Below are positions 13,151 to 27,174 of a DNA stretch of 63,969 nucleotides, piece by piece. The notes under the pieces were generated by a model that did not search any database, was not told the origin of the DNA, and saw nothing but the letters and a program-made list of their open reading frames with translations. Source of the DNA: Paraspadella gotoi (Eukaryota; Animalia; Chaetognatha); assembly GCA_051294375.1 (NCBI GenBank), contig CM119265.1, forward strand, positions 20,491,160-20,555,128, in the 5' to 3' direction. Each line of letters opens with the position of its first letter. Position 1 is the first letter of the stretch. The translations under genes and the position numbers were made by a program.

Positions 13151-13273
13151 CAGGCGAGTAGCGATGATGAAAGCCACAGTCGCCTCCATGCTCAGATCCT
13201 CCTGTTCCTCGATGTGGTAGACGAAAGCCTTGACAAGACCACAGTTGTATAAGCGGCTTTTGGTCGCATCCAT
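13151..13273 (-). CDS. Candidate coding exon MDATKSRLYNCGLVKAFVYHIEEQEDLSMEATVAFIIATRL
   Basis: 41 clean codons with protein-like composition ending exactly at a phase-0 CTG|GTGAGT donor (GT at 13150-13149). Confidence 0.4.
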
Positions 13274-13499
13274 GTTGACTTACTCGTAAGAATGCCATTG
13301 TTTCGAGCTGAAGTATGATTCGGGAAATAATAGAGGAACTTTTCCGGAATTCACTGAAGGACACGGTTGTAGATTTGTATGTTGGGATCAACGTTTTTTG
13401 TTATGTGCTTTTATTTCTGCCCCCTCTGTTGGTATTTTTTTTCTCGTCAAACGCTTAAAGTAAAATTCGGTCGTAATAAAAAAATAAAAGAGGAAAAGG

Positions 13500-16400
13500 G
13501 AAGTAAGAAAGAGAGGGATCTCCGAGTACGGAAAGATAAATTTATCTAGTTTATCACGCAGCCATAGGGTGAGGGTGTGTGGTTAATTTCTCCGCGTGGT
13601 GTCGGCCGTTGTGCTTCCGCTGGCCAATGATGTAAAATAAGATCGTATACTGCTTTTTTATAGCTACGTGATCCGCTCAATAGATGCTAATAATTATGGG
13701 TTTTAATTCAACAATAGTACAGTATGTTCTCACTTTCTATCCTTTTTCTTTTATTTAACGTTTCTGTAGTGCGAGATATGGTTGCTATCAGTTTGACACA
13801 TTAGGGATAAGCAATGAATCATAGTGAACATAGTGTGACTGCTTCGATTGGGAAGCCTGTTCTCTCGTAGTATTCTAAACAAATCAGTTTTTTTTCAACA
13901 ATGCTTTAATTGTGTTATTGCTTTATTGCTTCATCACTTTAAAACCGTTATCTGCTCGCTCAATCGATCGATGGATTCAATAAATCTCTTCTCACCGATT
14001 AGATACGATCTCTTTATTTAGTCGCGTACAATAAGCAATAGTGAGTCTGTATTCTCCGTCCTGGTCATTAAAAATTCACACCAAAATTCCATATCACCAC
14101 CTTCGACCAATCGACCTTCTACACCCACCTTCTTACTTATTCTGCTAGCCACCACTAAGCATTGCACAAGAAACAACTCAGCCGCATTATACCGCAATTA
14201 CTCCAACATCAATCTTTACATTGTATAACAGGATACCAAATCACTCTGCGCCACCCGTCTCCGGCTCCAACTCTCCACCCCAACCTTCTCTCTTGAGAGT
14301 CTTACTGCTAGCCACCGCACTCATTTCCCTCCAGCTTCATCGCCTCACCTTCATCCAACCTCTTACCTTCTTTTAAGCTCTTACCACCCCACTTCCTGCC
14401 CACGCTACGCCTCCAGCTTCTCCACCCACTTCTTTCTTACTCTACCACCCACTCCATCCCACATATGGTGCGCCTAACCAATCAATTCGCTCTCAAACCC
14501 GACCCTACTATCGACATCTTCTCCTCTTCAACAACAACCAGAGTTCGATGCATCTCTCGTTCACACAAACCTGCAATAAATATATTATCCGAAATAATAT
14601 CTGTGAGGTGGAGACTAGTATGTGTGGCTGTGGACCGCCCATCTATAGAGAACCCGCCAGTGCCTATATTACCTGCAAGGCCGGCGAAGCAAGCTCGCCC
14701 GACAGGTCGGGCCCCACCGAAAATTAAAATATTCCGTAATTTACCTCGATGGAACTACGGTTAAATGGATCATTATAAGTATTTAATCTTTTAAAGAATA
14801 CATTTTTATAAATATGTTTCAGTTCCATTATGTGGGTTAATAAATTTCGAAATTAACATCCATTAACTCGTCTAAAGGCATAGAAATCATATTTGAGGGC
14901 GGATGACATTCTATTAGACTCATTACGCCCCTCCATTCCCCTCCCGAAGCGGTCCTTCGATTGATTGAGTTCCTATGTAACGACCCGTATTTTTCAAAGG
15001 ATTAAAACGGTGGCTTTTAAAGATTGCAATCCATGAGAATCGAAGAAATTCTTCTCTGGTCTGGTAATTTATGATAATTGGATTTTTATTAAGAACCTCA
15101 ATTGATAAATCAAACAGTGAAAATTTTTCGATGAATCATAAGAATATCGATGTCCCTTAAACTTGTATACAGAGTACTTTGACATTCGAGTAAAGTGAAG
15201 ATGAGTTTTTAGATATATTAATGTGACGAGTTTTCGCACACCCTACGCGCATCAATGAAAAACGATTGTCATATCCCTGATTACCTTCTCGTTTGAAGTA
15301 AACCAGGTTTATCTCGTGTTTTCCTCACTGAACACTATTCTTTTTTTGCTGCCTTTTCGGGTGTGATTTAGGTGCAATGATATCGTTTAATTATTGTACA
15401 GTGAACGACTCTTTCGAACTATTTTTTTATAGATTGATAACTTAGTAAGTCGTTGAATTTATTCCCGTTCTTATCTCAAATGCCGCAATTAGAATTAATG
15501 TTCTTGTTGGTTATTCTACTAATTATGATTTAGTGATGGAACTGGAATATTATCCGTATCATTTTTATGTTAACTCTTACTCTCTTTTTTTATACTTTTC
15601 CTTCTTGATTTTTTTAGTCACGTGCTTGTGCTTGCTTTTGATCTGTTGCTTCTGCATCTCTTTTTGTTCTTTCTTTCTTTCATATCCTTTGGTTTCTTTG
15701 CTTTTCTATATCTATTTCTTCTTTCCTTTATCTGTTATTTCCTTGCATATTCTATTCTTTACTTATATATAATTTTTCGTTTCGTTTCTGTCTTTAATCA
15801 AAGTCCAAATGTCTTGAACTCCAATAGTTTCATCGGCATTATTTTGTCCGAGGCACTTCCAATAATGTGTCTACTTTTCCCGACAGTTGTGCTTCCAAAT
15901 ATAACGAAAACCAATATGCAAGAGTCCGCCGGGAGATCTCAGATAAAACCAAAACGAAAGAACGTACAAACTCACTGCACCGCCACCTACCCCGCGCCGA
16001 TCGTGTGAGCCGCTACGAAAAACAGCCCTTCTGACTGGCAACCCACTCCTTAGATCTCTGCAGCGGCTCGGAGTCAAGTACTACCAACAGGAACACACTA
16101 ATGCTATTGTACGCCGATAGATGACGAAATCTGGCTCAGACTGAATTTAGCACGCGATTCAGGTAATAACAAATTACTTGATTACTTGGTTTACTTAGTA
16201 ATTGAAACGATGAAGAGAGAGTTCGGGAAAGAAAGAGACAAGAGTGATAGAGAGAGGAGAGGAGAGACTGCGCGCCTTCATAACGCACGGAGAGAGTCGG
16301 AGACATCCTCGGCCACGGCGAGCATCGTCGTCTCTGAGCGTCCCTCAGGATAACGCACTACACTCACGATAGATAGCACCTCCACATAGATCTGGACGAC

Positions 16401-19400
16401 TAGGTCATTTTCTCGCTCGTCCCGTACCGAAGAGAGAGTGAGATGCGTAGGAGAACGACGTCTCGATCAGCGGAAATCCGACGAGCCGTTGCTGGGGCAG
16501 GACTCGATTGACGGCGGGGAAATAGAGAAGGAACGAGGTGAGGTCGACGATGGCGGCCGGACGGGAAGGATGTACGATGGAGAATTGAGGTTCAGAGGAA
16601 ATTCGATATGGATAGTCCTGGAGAACAACGATATGATAGGAAATAGTAGATTAGATAAGATATAGATATGAAATAGATAGATAGATAGATATGACAGTAG
16701 AGTAAGAGGTGATAGAATCGATAGATAGATAGATAGAGTGACGAGTAGAGAGGAGAGAAGAGAGAGGAATGTGCGGAAAATCGGAACGAAGATTGAGAGA
16801 CCTCGCGGACGAGACGGAATGGAGAGGTAGAGAGCCGAGACTGTTGCCGAGAGTTTCGCGATTTGTATGAGATTGGCCAGAATGAAGATAGGCAACGCCT
16901 TGACTTGTTTTGCATATCGTTTTTTCCACTATACATTACTACATATATCGTATGAAACAGCTGTAAATGGAGAAAGTACCTTGGTACCGACGTAGAGTTT
17001 TGATACTCAAAATATGGCAATCAAACTTAGGTTTTAAAGCTTTATACTTGGCCAAATACATACAAGACTACACAACATAGACACGTAAATGTTAAAATCA
17101 TTCTTAACTGGAGCCAGTTTATTCCCATTATATTAATACAAAACATTTATGATTCACTCACCCACGACGCTCAATGACCGGTACGCCACAAGACGCGCCT
17201 GACGCGCCGTCACTCGAGCGTTTGCCAGCGTACCGTTTAACGTGACACGACCACATCGGTCAGAACCGGAATGTGTCATCGAAGGAACTGGCGGATCGAC
17301 GCCGACGATGCGGCCGACAAGTCGATGCGTTGGTTTTCGCAGAAAAGTCGGAATCAATTTGGTTTGTTAGTGGTTCGCCTAAGAATTACTTAGTTTATCG
17401 GTGGGACACACAAACAGTGAAATCGATAAGGGACACACGTTTTATTAGCTCAAAGACTGTAGTCAAATTAATCGTATATTGTATATCTAAAGGGGAAAAA
17501 GAAAAAAAAAACATTACAAACATAAAGGATCTGTTAATTGTTTTTTTTTGTTGTTGTTGCTTGTATATTTTTTTTGTAATTTTATCCGTTTTTTGTAAAT
17601 TTTTCATTGTTGGGTTAGTCCAACGGTGAGTCCTATGATTTATTAATTAAGAGTATTATTTCTTTTTTTTTTTACTTTTTCTCCGATCTCCAATGTCCCC
17701 CCGACGCCCTTATTACTACGCCGATCCGAAATAATTTAGGGCCGAAAAGATGATTATAGTGCCACGAAGAAAAAAAATTGTCGGACTGTTTCGTGTCGAT
17801 TTCAACGACGAATGCGGCTCGTGATTCGTAGAACAGGATCTCTTCTCTGACGCTGCTCTTCTCTCGTCGGCAATCTCTCTCTGCTCTCTCTCTATTCCTC
17901 TGCTCGTCTCTTCTCCTCCTCTCTCTCTCGTCTCTCTCTCATCTCTACTCTCTCTCGATTTCCCATTCCGTCTTCCCTCTTCTCCACTCCCCTATTGAGT
18001 TTTACCTAGAACCTGAATTTGAATAAAGCTCTTCCTTCCGCTCAAACTCTCCCTTTCTCTCTCTCTCTACCCTCCTGCTTCTTTGTTCAGTGCATCTCTC
18101 TGCTCTCACCCTCCCTTGTCCTCAAACTCCTCTCTTGCTCTAGCTTACATACCTTAGGTCTTTCTCTCTTGCCTCTTCGGCTCCAGCGTTTGAGAAAGAG
18201 ATGTTCCAAAGAACGATAGTCAGTGCTGAATCTTTCTCCTGTAAAAAACGATGATAAATAAAGTATAGTTTTAACTATGATCGATATACGCAGACTGTTC
18301 TCTCTGCTTCTTGTCGCTCCACGTCTACTGCTCACTACATACTATTTCTCTCTCTTGCTTATCTCTCGCGACCTCTCTCTCTACTTCGCTCACTCTCACT
18401 ACTTCTAAATCAAACTATCGTCGTCCTCTCAAACCGATCTAAGAAGTTATATGTTACAATAGTGAATAATCATCAAGTATTCCAGTAAGAGTCAATCAAT
18501 AATGATTATAATCCACAATTATCTCACGGTGTTCCACTAACAAATACCCACAAGGTACCTAACACAAAAGGCACACACGACGATAAATCTACCCAGAAAG
18601 TCAATTCGGAGCCTAGTGCCGCAAAGCAAGGGAGCGCAAACGTAACGGCCCGCAACGCTTGCCACTGAAAATGAAGACGGTCACACTTGTGCATGAAGGC
18701 GTCGCACCGACAGCGAGGGTGGGATGCTCCAGGATGATACTCCACGCCCCGGCGTACCGATCGCGCAGTGGCAGCTCTGCGCTGCCCTAACTTTGACCGC
18801 GGCTGCGTTCTTCCGTCTCCGTTGTGTCCCGAGACGTATTCGACAGTGATGGTTCTGGTTAAATGAAGTAATGGACCCGGCGAGATTCGAGATATTGCAT
18901 CGACTGCCCCAGTGCCAAGTATGAAATGTGGTTTGTAAAATGACAAGAGTTATATTATTACCTATTCTAGTGATATTATCGGTTGACGGTCCTCCATTAA
19001 TCCTTCGCCAAAGTATATATACCGCAGAGTGATCTCCTCCGTCTGTGCATTTCACTTTCGATCCGTTAAGAAATCCCTACAGTGTCATACTCAATAATCT
19101 TTCACTCGCTCAATCTTTCTGCTCCTCCAATCCTCTTTCTATCTTGGAACAATTCGTACAAAATACTCCAAATCGTTTATTTTTGTCTATGCCAAACGAC
19201 GTCTTTATTCTTCTCTTCTCTACACGGTACGTGCTTCCTTCCGTTCTTTCGGGTCGTTCTTCCTTCAGCGCTGAATCATCACCTAAAAAATGTTTGGTAA
19301 CCAATACATTTGATGAAGTTTGGAACATCAAACCAGAAATAACATATTAGATTCTTCTCTCATATTAATCCGTCCTGTTACTAGGCAGTTCATATTTTTT

Positions 19401-22400
19401 ATATTTAATTTTTCCTAGAATTCAGGCTCATATTTCGAAAGCTCGATGATCGCTGTCTTACACTAGTCGCAGTAAAAAGTAGCAGAGTATTGTGAATGGA
19501 GAAAATCGCACACCGATTTTGGAATTTGCGAGATATCAAAATAACGTATCACTCTGCACACTAAGTTTTTGTCTGCGTGTAATGTTCATTTGTCTTCTCT
19601 CGTTTTATTATATCTCATACCGTGCTTACCATTCCCTCTCGAGAACCGTCCCAAATCACGACTTTTTCCTCCCTCCTCTTTCCTCCCTCCTTTTTCCCGT
19701 GCCCTCGCAGGTCTCCTATCCTATATCTTCTAGAGTCTCCACTCCTGACTACCGTTGTCTGAGCATCTCAAAATATATAGGTTTGAGAAAATGCCACCAA
19801 GTCGACGCTAATAGATGTCGACACTTGCTCCCGGGTTCCTGCCCGTGTCCATGTTCGAAAAGCCAATTTTCCAAAACTGTGGCCTAGTTACGAGCCGCGA
19901 GTCAGTGTGGGCGCCCGAAACCAGAAGAAATACCTGTGACGAATCGAAATCACTCCCGGTTCATGTTGTCTCTCAGCGGCGAGCGATCCGCCTCCGACGT
20001 CACCAAGAGGAAGGATACCAAGCGCTCGTTCTCACGGTGTTGATGACCTTTTGTGTTATCCCGATCGATCGCCTTAGTTAAATTTTGCTTTGAAAACACC
20101 GTATTAACGTTATCCGCAACTTCGTCAGTCGGGTTCCCGGGTGGGTAACCGTCTTCGGTCAGCCCAGCCCCGACGCTCCGCCTCCTCCGTTTTGTGCTTA
20201 TTGTCCCTATTCATTGGCAAGATCGTCTCTTTTTGGCCTCGAAGTAGAATTGCCGTTCACATTCGTAAAGGTTTGATTTAACCATCCTGTGTGTCAGCTT
20301 ACAACTGTTATTCATTGGACAATCCAAAATTATCTCTATGAATATGTAACTATTGTAAATTTAATAATTCTCTCTACATTTGAAAAAGTTTATCGTTCCC
20401 CAAGGCGGATAACTAGCATACTTCCGCGCCATAGATGGCTTCACTCGCTGTCTCGATGCGGCTGACTTGCGGCGATAGAGGAGATTTCTCATAAGACCTA
20501 AGGTTCAACTTCATTTGTTGCGATAAACACCATCTGGTGCACATGTAGCCTTTCACGTTCTTTTAAAAAACCCAATAATTCAGGTACTGGTCATTTTTAT
20601 CTACACCATAAGCTGTGGTATTCCATTACAAATATATGTTAAAAATTCTTGATATGATAATTCGTTAGTGCCAACTTAAGCACTAGACACCAGATAATGA
20701 ACGCTTCTAGCTGAATTTGTCGAGTTCTCGATACACAAGGCCTGGCCTTATCGCAAATCGTGTTACGTCCTAGAGCATATGGTCGTGAGTGTCGCGATGA
20801 ATAAAGTCCGCTCTAAGCTCAACCATCTCGAGAATCCTGCCCTTTGTTCCTGCGGCTAATATACCTTCAAAGACCCATATCTAATACGAATCACGGTAAT
20901 CTAGTCAAATGTGACCCCTACAAACAGACCGTGAGTCCTTAAACTTTTACTAAATACTAAAGTAAACTCCACGAGTGTGAGACTCTGTGGCCGCGTCCCA
21001 AATAAAGAAGGCATTGACCCGTTGCAGCTCGAAACACGAAAGAACGGAAGCCGAACATGTCCTCAAAAAACCACCCGAGACCCGCCGACAAAAGATCCAA
21101 TATCCTGCCTTTTATATCGTCAGGAATATCTCAAAGGAAACCAATAAGTGTTCTCGTACTGTTATCGGGGTTCTGTAACAAACCAGTCACAAGTTGAGCG
21201 ATTAAGATCTTATAATAGCGACTCATGAGATAGGCAAAAGAGCAAAAAAAAAGATCAAAGAGGCAGAGACGCTTTAGTCGGTAGAGTGAGTTGTGGACAA
21301 CGCGCTGTGTGTATCCGCTATTATTGCTTCTCCTTTCTTTCTTTATTCGCTTTTTTTGTGTCTACATTGAGTTATTACGTCACTTCTTTTTCCCTATAGT
21401 TCTTATATAAGGTCTGTTTCTGTGGCCAGAAGTCAATCCAAATGTTTGAGATCTGTATGTGCGGATATATGATGAGTTCGAAGGCGGTTATCTTTATTCG
21501 GCTCGCTAATGGCAACGGCCATATGGTCCTGCTTGCCACTTTACCCGTAGGATTTGTGATTTTCTTTTTTTAACATTCACTCTTAATACTCATCATACTC
21601 TCACGCTCCATGTACTTTTTCTCTCACGTTTCTGGCTCCCTCTTCTTAATTGCTCTTCATCCCTACCTAAACACTATCCCATACGGAATCCGTTGTTATA
21701 TTTCGCAATCCTTTCGCGTATCCTTCCGCTCCTGTCTTCCTTTGATCCTCACTGGCGAACAACTCTTCCTTATCTCCTCTCAGACTGTAGCGACGCCGAT
21801 TATTCCGACCGTGTCGGGAAGAATATCCACAAGTCACTATTATTACCACCTCGTTTATTGAACGTCTCTTTTTATTCTGTGATAGGTACTCTTTGCTGTG
21901 ATGCAAAATATTAGTTGAGTCAGATAGAACAAATTTTTATACACCGCCAGATCAATCGGAATCAAATATCATATATAAGTTGTTCAGGAAGAGTATGAGA
22001 TAGAAAGCGCGGGCCTTGGAATAAATATACTGAAATTATTCTGGAGCCCAAAAGACAATGAATGCACTTAGATAACAATCTTACTTGAATGATCGATCGA
22101 AAAATATGTTTGAAACAAAAATGAAAGAGATAGAAAATGAATGAAAGAGATATAATTGTGTTAAAATGATGACATGTATTGACAAAAACAATGAATATAA
22201 CTGATTGAATTTAAATGAATAAAACATTGAATTATTCGCCACTCTGAAGGAAAGCATACAGCAAATTCCATAATTTCGATTCCAGTAAAATTCCGATACC
22301 CGTTCGAGAGAGTTAATCCTCAAAGGGGATTTGACGGCCGAGTGGAACCAAGCCAAAAATTTTGGCGCGCTGAATATCTAGCGATTTGGAGGATTCAGAT

Positions 22401-23950
22401 AGTCAGGGCGGAGGTAAAAAAAAAAAGAGAGACAAATGTATCAGGTGGCGAAAGCCATTCCGCTGGCCGAAGGATAGGTATCAGTGAGACTGCATTATTT
22501 TTTTTGTGTCAGGTATTCAATCACAAAACAATGAAATGTCAGGCTTAGTCAGATATATCATGGGTGCAGAATTTTTCCAATCCCTTCTCTATTCCCTCTA
22601 TCACTCACATAGTGGTTTAACTGTTTAGTTGTTAGTTTTAGACGGTACATCGTCGGTATATTTACAGGGGCTCAGTTAACTTCATTGTATATGTGTTAAG
22701 TCGTTTTACATTTTGAGGCATAATCAGTAAAATGATGATCGATGTGGACGCAACCAGTTTCAACTGGACTAACATTCACCAACCGTATCAGCGCCATGTG
22801 CCGAGAGGCAAGTCGTTCGCTCCCAAACCCTAAGGCCGGGTTCTTGCCAGTGGTTCGTGCTGCAGTATAAGAGGACGGGGGCGCTGTAACTCCGCCCTGT
22901 AACATTGGTGTTACCAGGCCCTTGATCGCGAGCTCAGGGCTGCTCTAATTTGAACGATTCTGTCGATGTAAACACCTTATCAAAATTTACTGTCGTCTTC
23001 AAAAACTATTTGTTTATTTAGCCATTGACAACCGAAAATTTAACCACACTAGTTTCTAGTACAACTTTTGTTCTTTACACTGATTACCCAGTGTCGTTAA
23101 TCAGATTTTTCGCCGTATAGTAAGACGCGTCCACTTGACCGGAAGTTCCAATTTTACCGCCTAAACGGAGTTTTTTTGCCTTGCACTACTTAAGAAGCAT
23201 TACTTATCAATATTATTTTTCTTAAGCCAATTATTTAAAAAAATTTTATTTAAGAAAGAAAAAGAAAGGTTTTCCTCACTATATGGTCAAATAGTGGTCA
23301 TTATAGTGCGTCAAACGTCTAACCTCCTCTAACCTCCTCTAACCTCTTCTAACCTCTTTCTAACCTGCCTTCTCACGTCTGGTCCTCGCATTGGAGGACG
23401 GACGGGCACACTTTCAAGTGCCGGCCGACCCAACATCGAGTTCACTCTTCCGTACGCCTAACAACTCGGGCAGGAATCCGCTTGCGCGAACCCAATGCCC
23501 ATACCCCCAGTGGGGCGCCCGTGTCGAAACGGCACCGTGGGAAGTCACCGGAGTGCCCGCAGTGTAAGACGATGTGGGTTTTTGTTTGTTTCTGAAGCGA
23601 GATTGATCGGTAGGGGGGCCGAAGAGGGATGGGATGTTGTCGTTAGGAGAAGAAGATGTTCTGAGAGTTGAGAGAGAGAGAGAGAGAGCAGAGAGAGAAG
23701 AGAGAGAGAGATGAGAGCATGAGAGAGAAGAGAGAGAGAGAGCAGAATTAAATAGGGTAACGTTTACTCGCCCAAACGTTGCCGGATTAACTTTCTTGAC
23801 ATTAAAATCATGACTTTAACGCTTATCTACTTGTCCACGATGTTATATTACGATAAAAAGATGGCCCAAGGGGATGATGAAATATTCTTCCTTCTCTCTT
23901 TCTTCTTCTCCCTCCTCTCTCTCTCCCTTCTCTCTTCCCTCTCTCCTCTC
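13500..23950. other. Very noisy, insertion-rich read-like copy of about 4850-6650 followed by the reverse complement of about 9118-6680
   Basis: Anchors: 16165-16210 aataacaaattacttgattacttggtttacttagtaat = 6548-6586; 15320-15360 resembles 5900-5935; 20225-20390 resembles 9375-9478; 23770 gcccaaacgttgccggattaac = reverse complement of 6773-6794. Ends are approximate. Confidence 0.55.
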
Positions 23951-24205
23951 TCTCCTCTCTCTCTCCTGCTCTCTCTCTCTCTCTCTCTCTGCCCTCTCTC
24001 TCGTCACTCAATTTTCAAATACCGGGGCATTGGCCGTCTACGAATTTTTTCATATGACTGGGTAAAGGATGTAAAAGATCATATTGATTGTTTTTCTTTC
24101 ATAATGTTAATGTCATTTTTGAGATCGAAAAAAGTCAGACCTGTTCTTTCTTTTATATTCCAAATCGGGCGAACTTGGGAGTTGGCAGCAGACGCTACAG
24201 AGGCT

Positions 24206-24243
<38 letters not shown>

Positions 24244-25813
24244 AATAAAATTCACACGTGACTTTTTTATCATTCATTTTTCTTCTCTTTTTTTAACTAC
24301 TGATTAAAAAAAATTTGTATTTTTGATTTTATTTTTAACCAAGTTAAAGAAATTGTACTAGTTTATCAAAACCGGCTATAGAAGTCCAGTCCAATCAAAA
24401 TTCGTTCTGTTTATTGGTAATGTAGAAAAATTGTATTTATTTTTTAGTATTAATAAGTTTAAACTTGTAAGATAATTTTTCATAAATAACATTCGGGTTA
24501 GCAGTAAGGAATTGAATGAAATTAAAAGAAGTGGAATGAAAAGACTAAGAAAAACATGGAAATGATGAGAGAGGCAACCAAAAAAAATGGAGAAAAATAG
24601 AAAAGAACAAAAAAAGGCCACATTTTTCTAAGTTCCCTATTTCAGTTAAAATACTAGGTTATGTGTTAATAGTATTATGGGTTTGGTTTGTGATTATGGT
24701 TAGGTTAGAATTTGGTTAAGGTTTACAGTTAGGGGATAAGTTCAGGAATTCTAGTTTAGGATAAGGTTATATATTTGAGTTAAAATTAAGTTCAGGAGTT
24801 AGGAACAGAAACGAAACGTTTTCGGAAAATAATACCATAAAAACATGAGGGAGAACGAAAAAGATGAAAGAAAAAGAAATGAAGTAGAAAAACGAAAGAA
24901 GGAGATAAAAATGACGAGAAGGAGAACGAGAGAAAAAAAGGGAGAATAGATTCCCAGAAGATTTCACGTGCTTTTTGTCACCATCGAGTTTCGACCTTAA
25001 AACAGTCGACGACGACGACGACGACGACGACGACAAATCTGATGTCACGAGAGACTAACGAAAGACGAGACGACAACAACGAATACGACAGTGACGACGA
25101 CGACGCAAAAAATCAGAACGATTACATCATTAATGATAAACAATTTGGACGAAATAAGACAAAGGAGAATTTCAGCCTTTATTTTTGACATTAAGTAAAT
25201 ACGAGTGTAGAATATTCAAATGCTCAGTAAGAAATTCGTTATAAATGAGCAACAAAAAAAATTGTGAAACTTTTCAAAATTGGTTGTAATTGGATAGAGA
25301 AATCTTGAAACGGACCCCGTTCGGACAACAGCTCAAATTTTTTTTTAAATTTCAACTTTATTCTTTGTTCGCATATTCTTCTTTATTCTTCGTTTCTCTT
25401 CTTCGCTAATCCTAAACAAGTGAATTTTCTCTCGTGACGGATTCTGTCCCGTTAGCCCGTGTCCTTCTCCCGAGCGAAAACCTCCTCCTCTTTCTCTTTC
25501 TCCTCCTCCTCCTCCTCCTCCTGACTCCTCCTCTTCTCCCTTTCCTCGATTTCGTCATCAGCTATATATTTCTCTCTCTCTCATCTCTCTCTCTCTTCTC
25601 ATCTCGACTCTCTCTCTCCTCTCTCTTCTCTCTTCATCTCGTCTCTCTCTCCTCCGCTCCTCTTCTCTTCTTCTCTTTCTCATTCTGTGACACAGAATCT
25701 TCTCCTCGCAACGTTTTTTTTTTCTTCTTTTTTTTTCTCCACTTATCTCCTTTTTTTTCGTCACTCAGACTCGTTTTCTTTTCGCCCATCGATTGACGTC
25801 GCTTTCTTTCTTG

Positions 25814-25912
<99 letters not shown>

Positions 25913-26630
25913 TATTTTTATACTTTAATCACTTCCTAAGCATTTTATTTCGTTTTTAGTTCAAATTATGTTTTTTGAAAACTATTTTTCCCCTTCATCG
26001 ATCTATATTTTTTGGTTTGCTATATTTTTAATCAATAAGTCATAGTACTGCATTATTTTGATTTATTTTTTCAGGATTATTCTCAGCAAACCTCTCTTCT
26101 TACTTTTCTAGTGATTTTTTTGTTTCACTCTTTATTCTTTTCACTTTTTTCCTATTTTTACTTTATTTTGTTTTTTCTTTTTGACCAGAAATATATTCAT
26201 GTTCCACTCAGTCTTTCCTAATCTTATCAGAGTTTTCTCCTTTTCCTTTCTGTGACTTTCTTTCCCTCTTGAAAAATGTTACCCTTTTTTTTTCCTGTCG
26301 TTCCTCATATTCATTGTCTCTCTCGGATCTCTCTCTCTCTCTCTCTCTCTCATCTCATCTCTCTCTCTCTCTCTCTCTCTCTCTAGCCTCCCTTTCTTTT
26401 TCACATTCATTGAGATTTTCCAATTTTCACCGCCGACTAATTTTGAGTTCAATCTCAAAAAAAGAAGAAAAAAGATATAATACTTTTTTCTCCCTTATTT
26501 CGATTCAGTTCCTTTTATAATCTTTTATTTCCTTCCATTTTTTTTCATTCGAAAAAGATGCTGGATATTTTTTTTATATATTTTTTAGAGCAGCTGTTTT
26601 CGTGACATCAGTTTTTAGCTATTGCTATTG

Positions 26631-27134
26631 TTTCCTTCGGTTCCACGGAGAAAATTAATGTTTCATTTTGTTTTTTTTTTCCTGAAAGGAGAAACTTGAT
26701 TAAAACAAAAATTCCTCAGTGAAACAATAGAACAAAAGAAACCGAATCGAAAAACGTTTAGCGACGAGAGAAATGATAAAAAAAGAATATAACAAATCAA
26801 AAAGTAATAATAAAACAATAATTTAAAACAAAAACGCTAACGCTGAAGAACGGGGCAAGGTGCAAATCGCCGGCCATAATAGTAAATAATTGCGAGTGCC
26901 TTTTTACCAAAAAAAAAAAAAAAAAAAAGAATCAATAAAAATACTTCAAAAATAATTAAACAACGCGAAAAAGTTTGAATAAAAAATTTAAAACAACATT
27001 TGCTTCACTTGTTCAACTCTTTCACTCTTTTAGCTACGCACGTAACTTTTCAAAGGTAAGAAACTAGTTTTAGTTGGTGGGAGCTGTTGCGAACTTTGCT
27101 CGGAGAATGAGAGAGAGGGAGAGAGAGGGAGAGA

Positions 27135-27174
<40 letters not shown>

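Noticed and set aside
14465-22905. Ordinary-looking ORFs such as 18524-18946 and 19492-19887
   Set aside because: They lie in the noisy read-like copy and show no splice or domain support.
25040-25049. Recurrent GTCACG (Pax-like) words across the window
   Set aside because: A rough composition-based estimate suggests the count is near chance.
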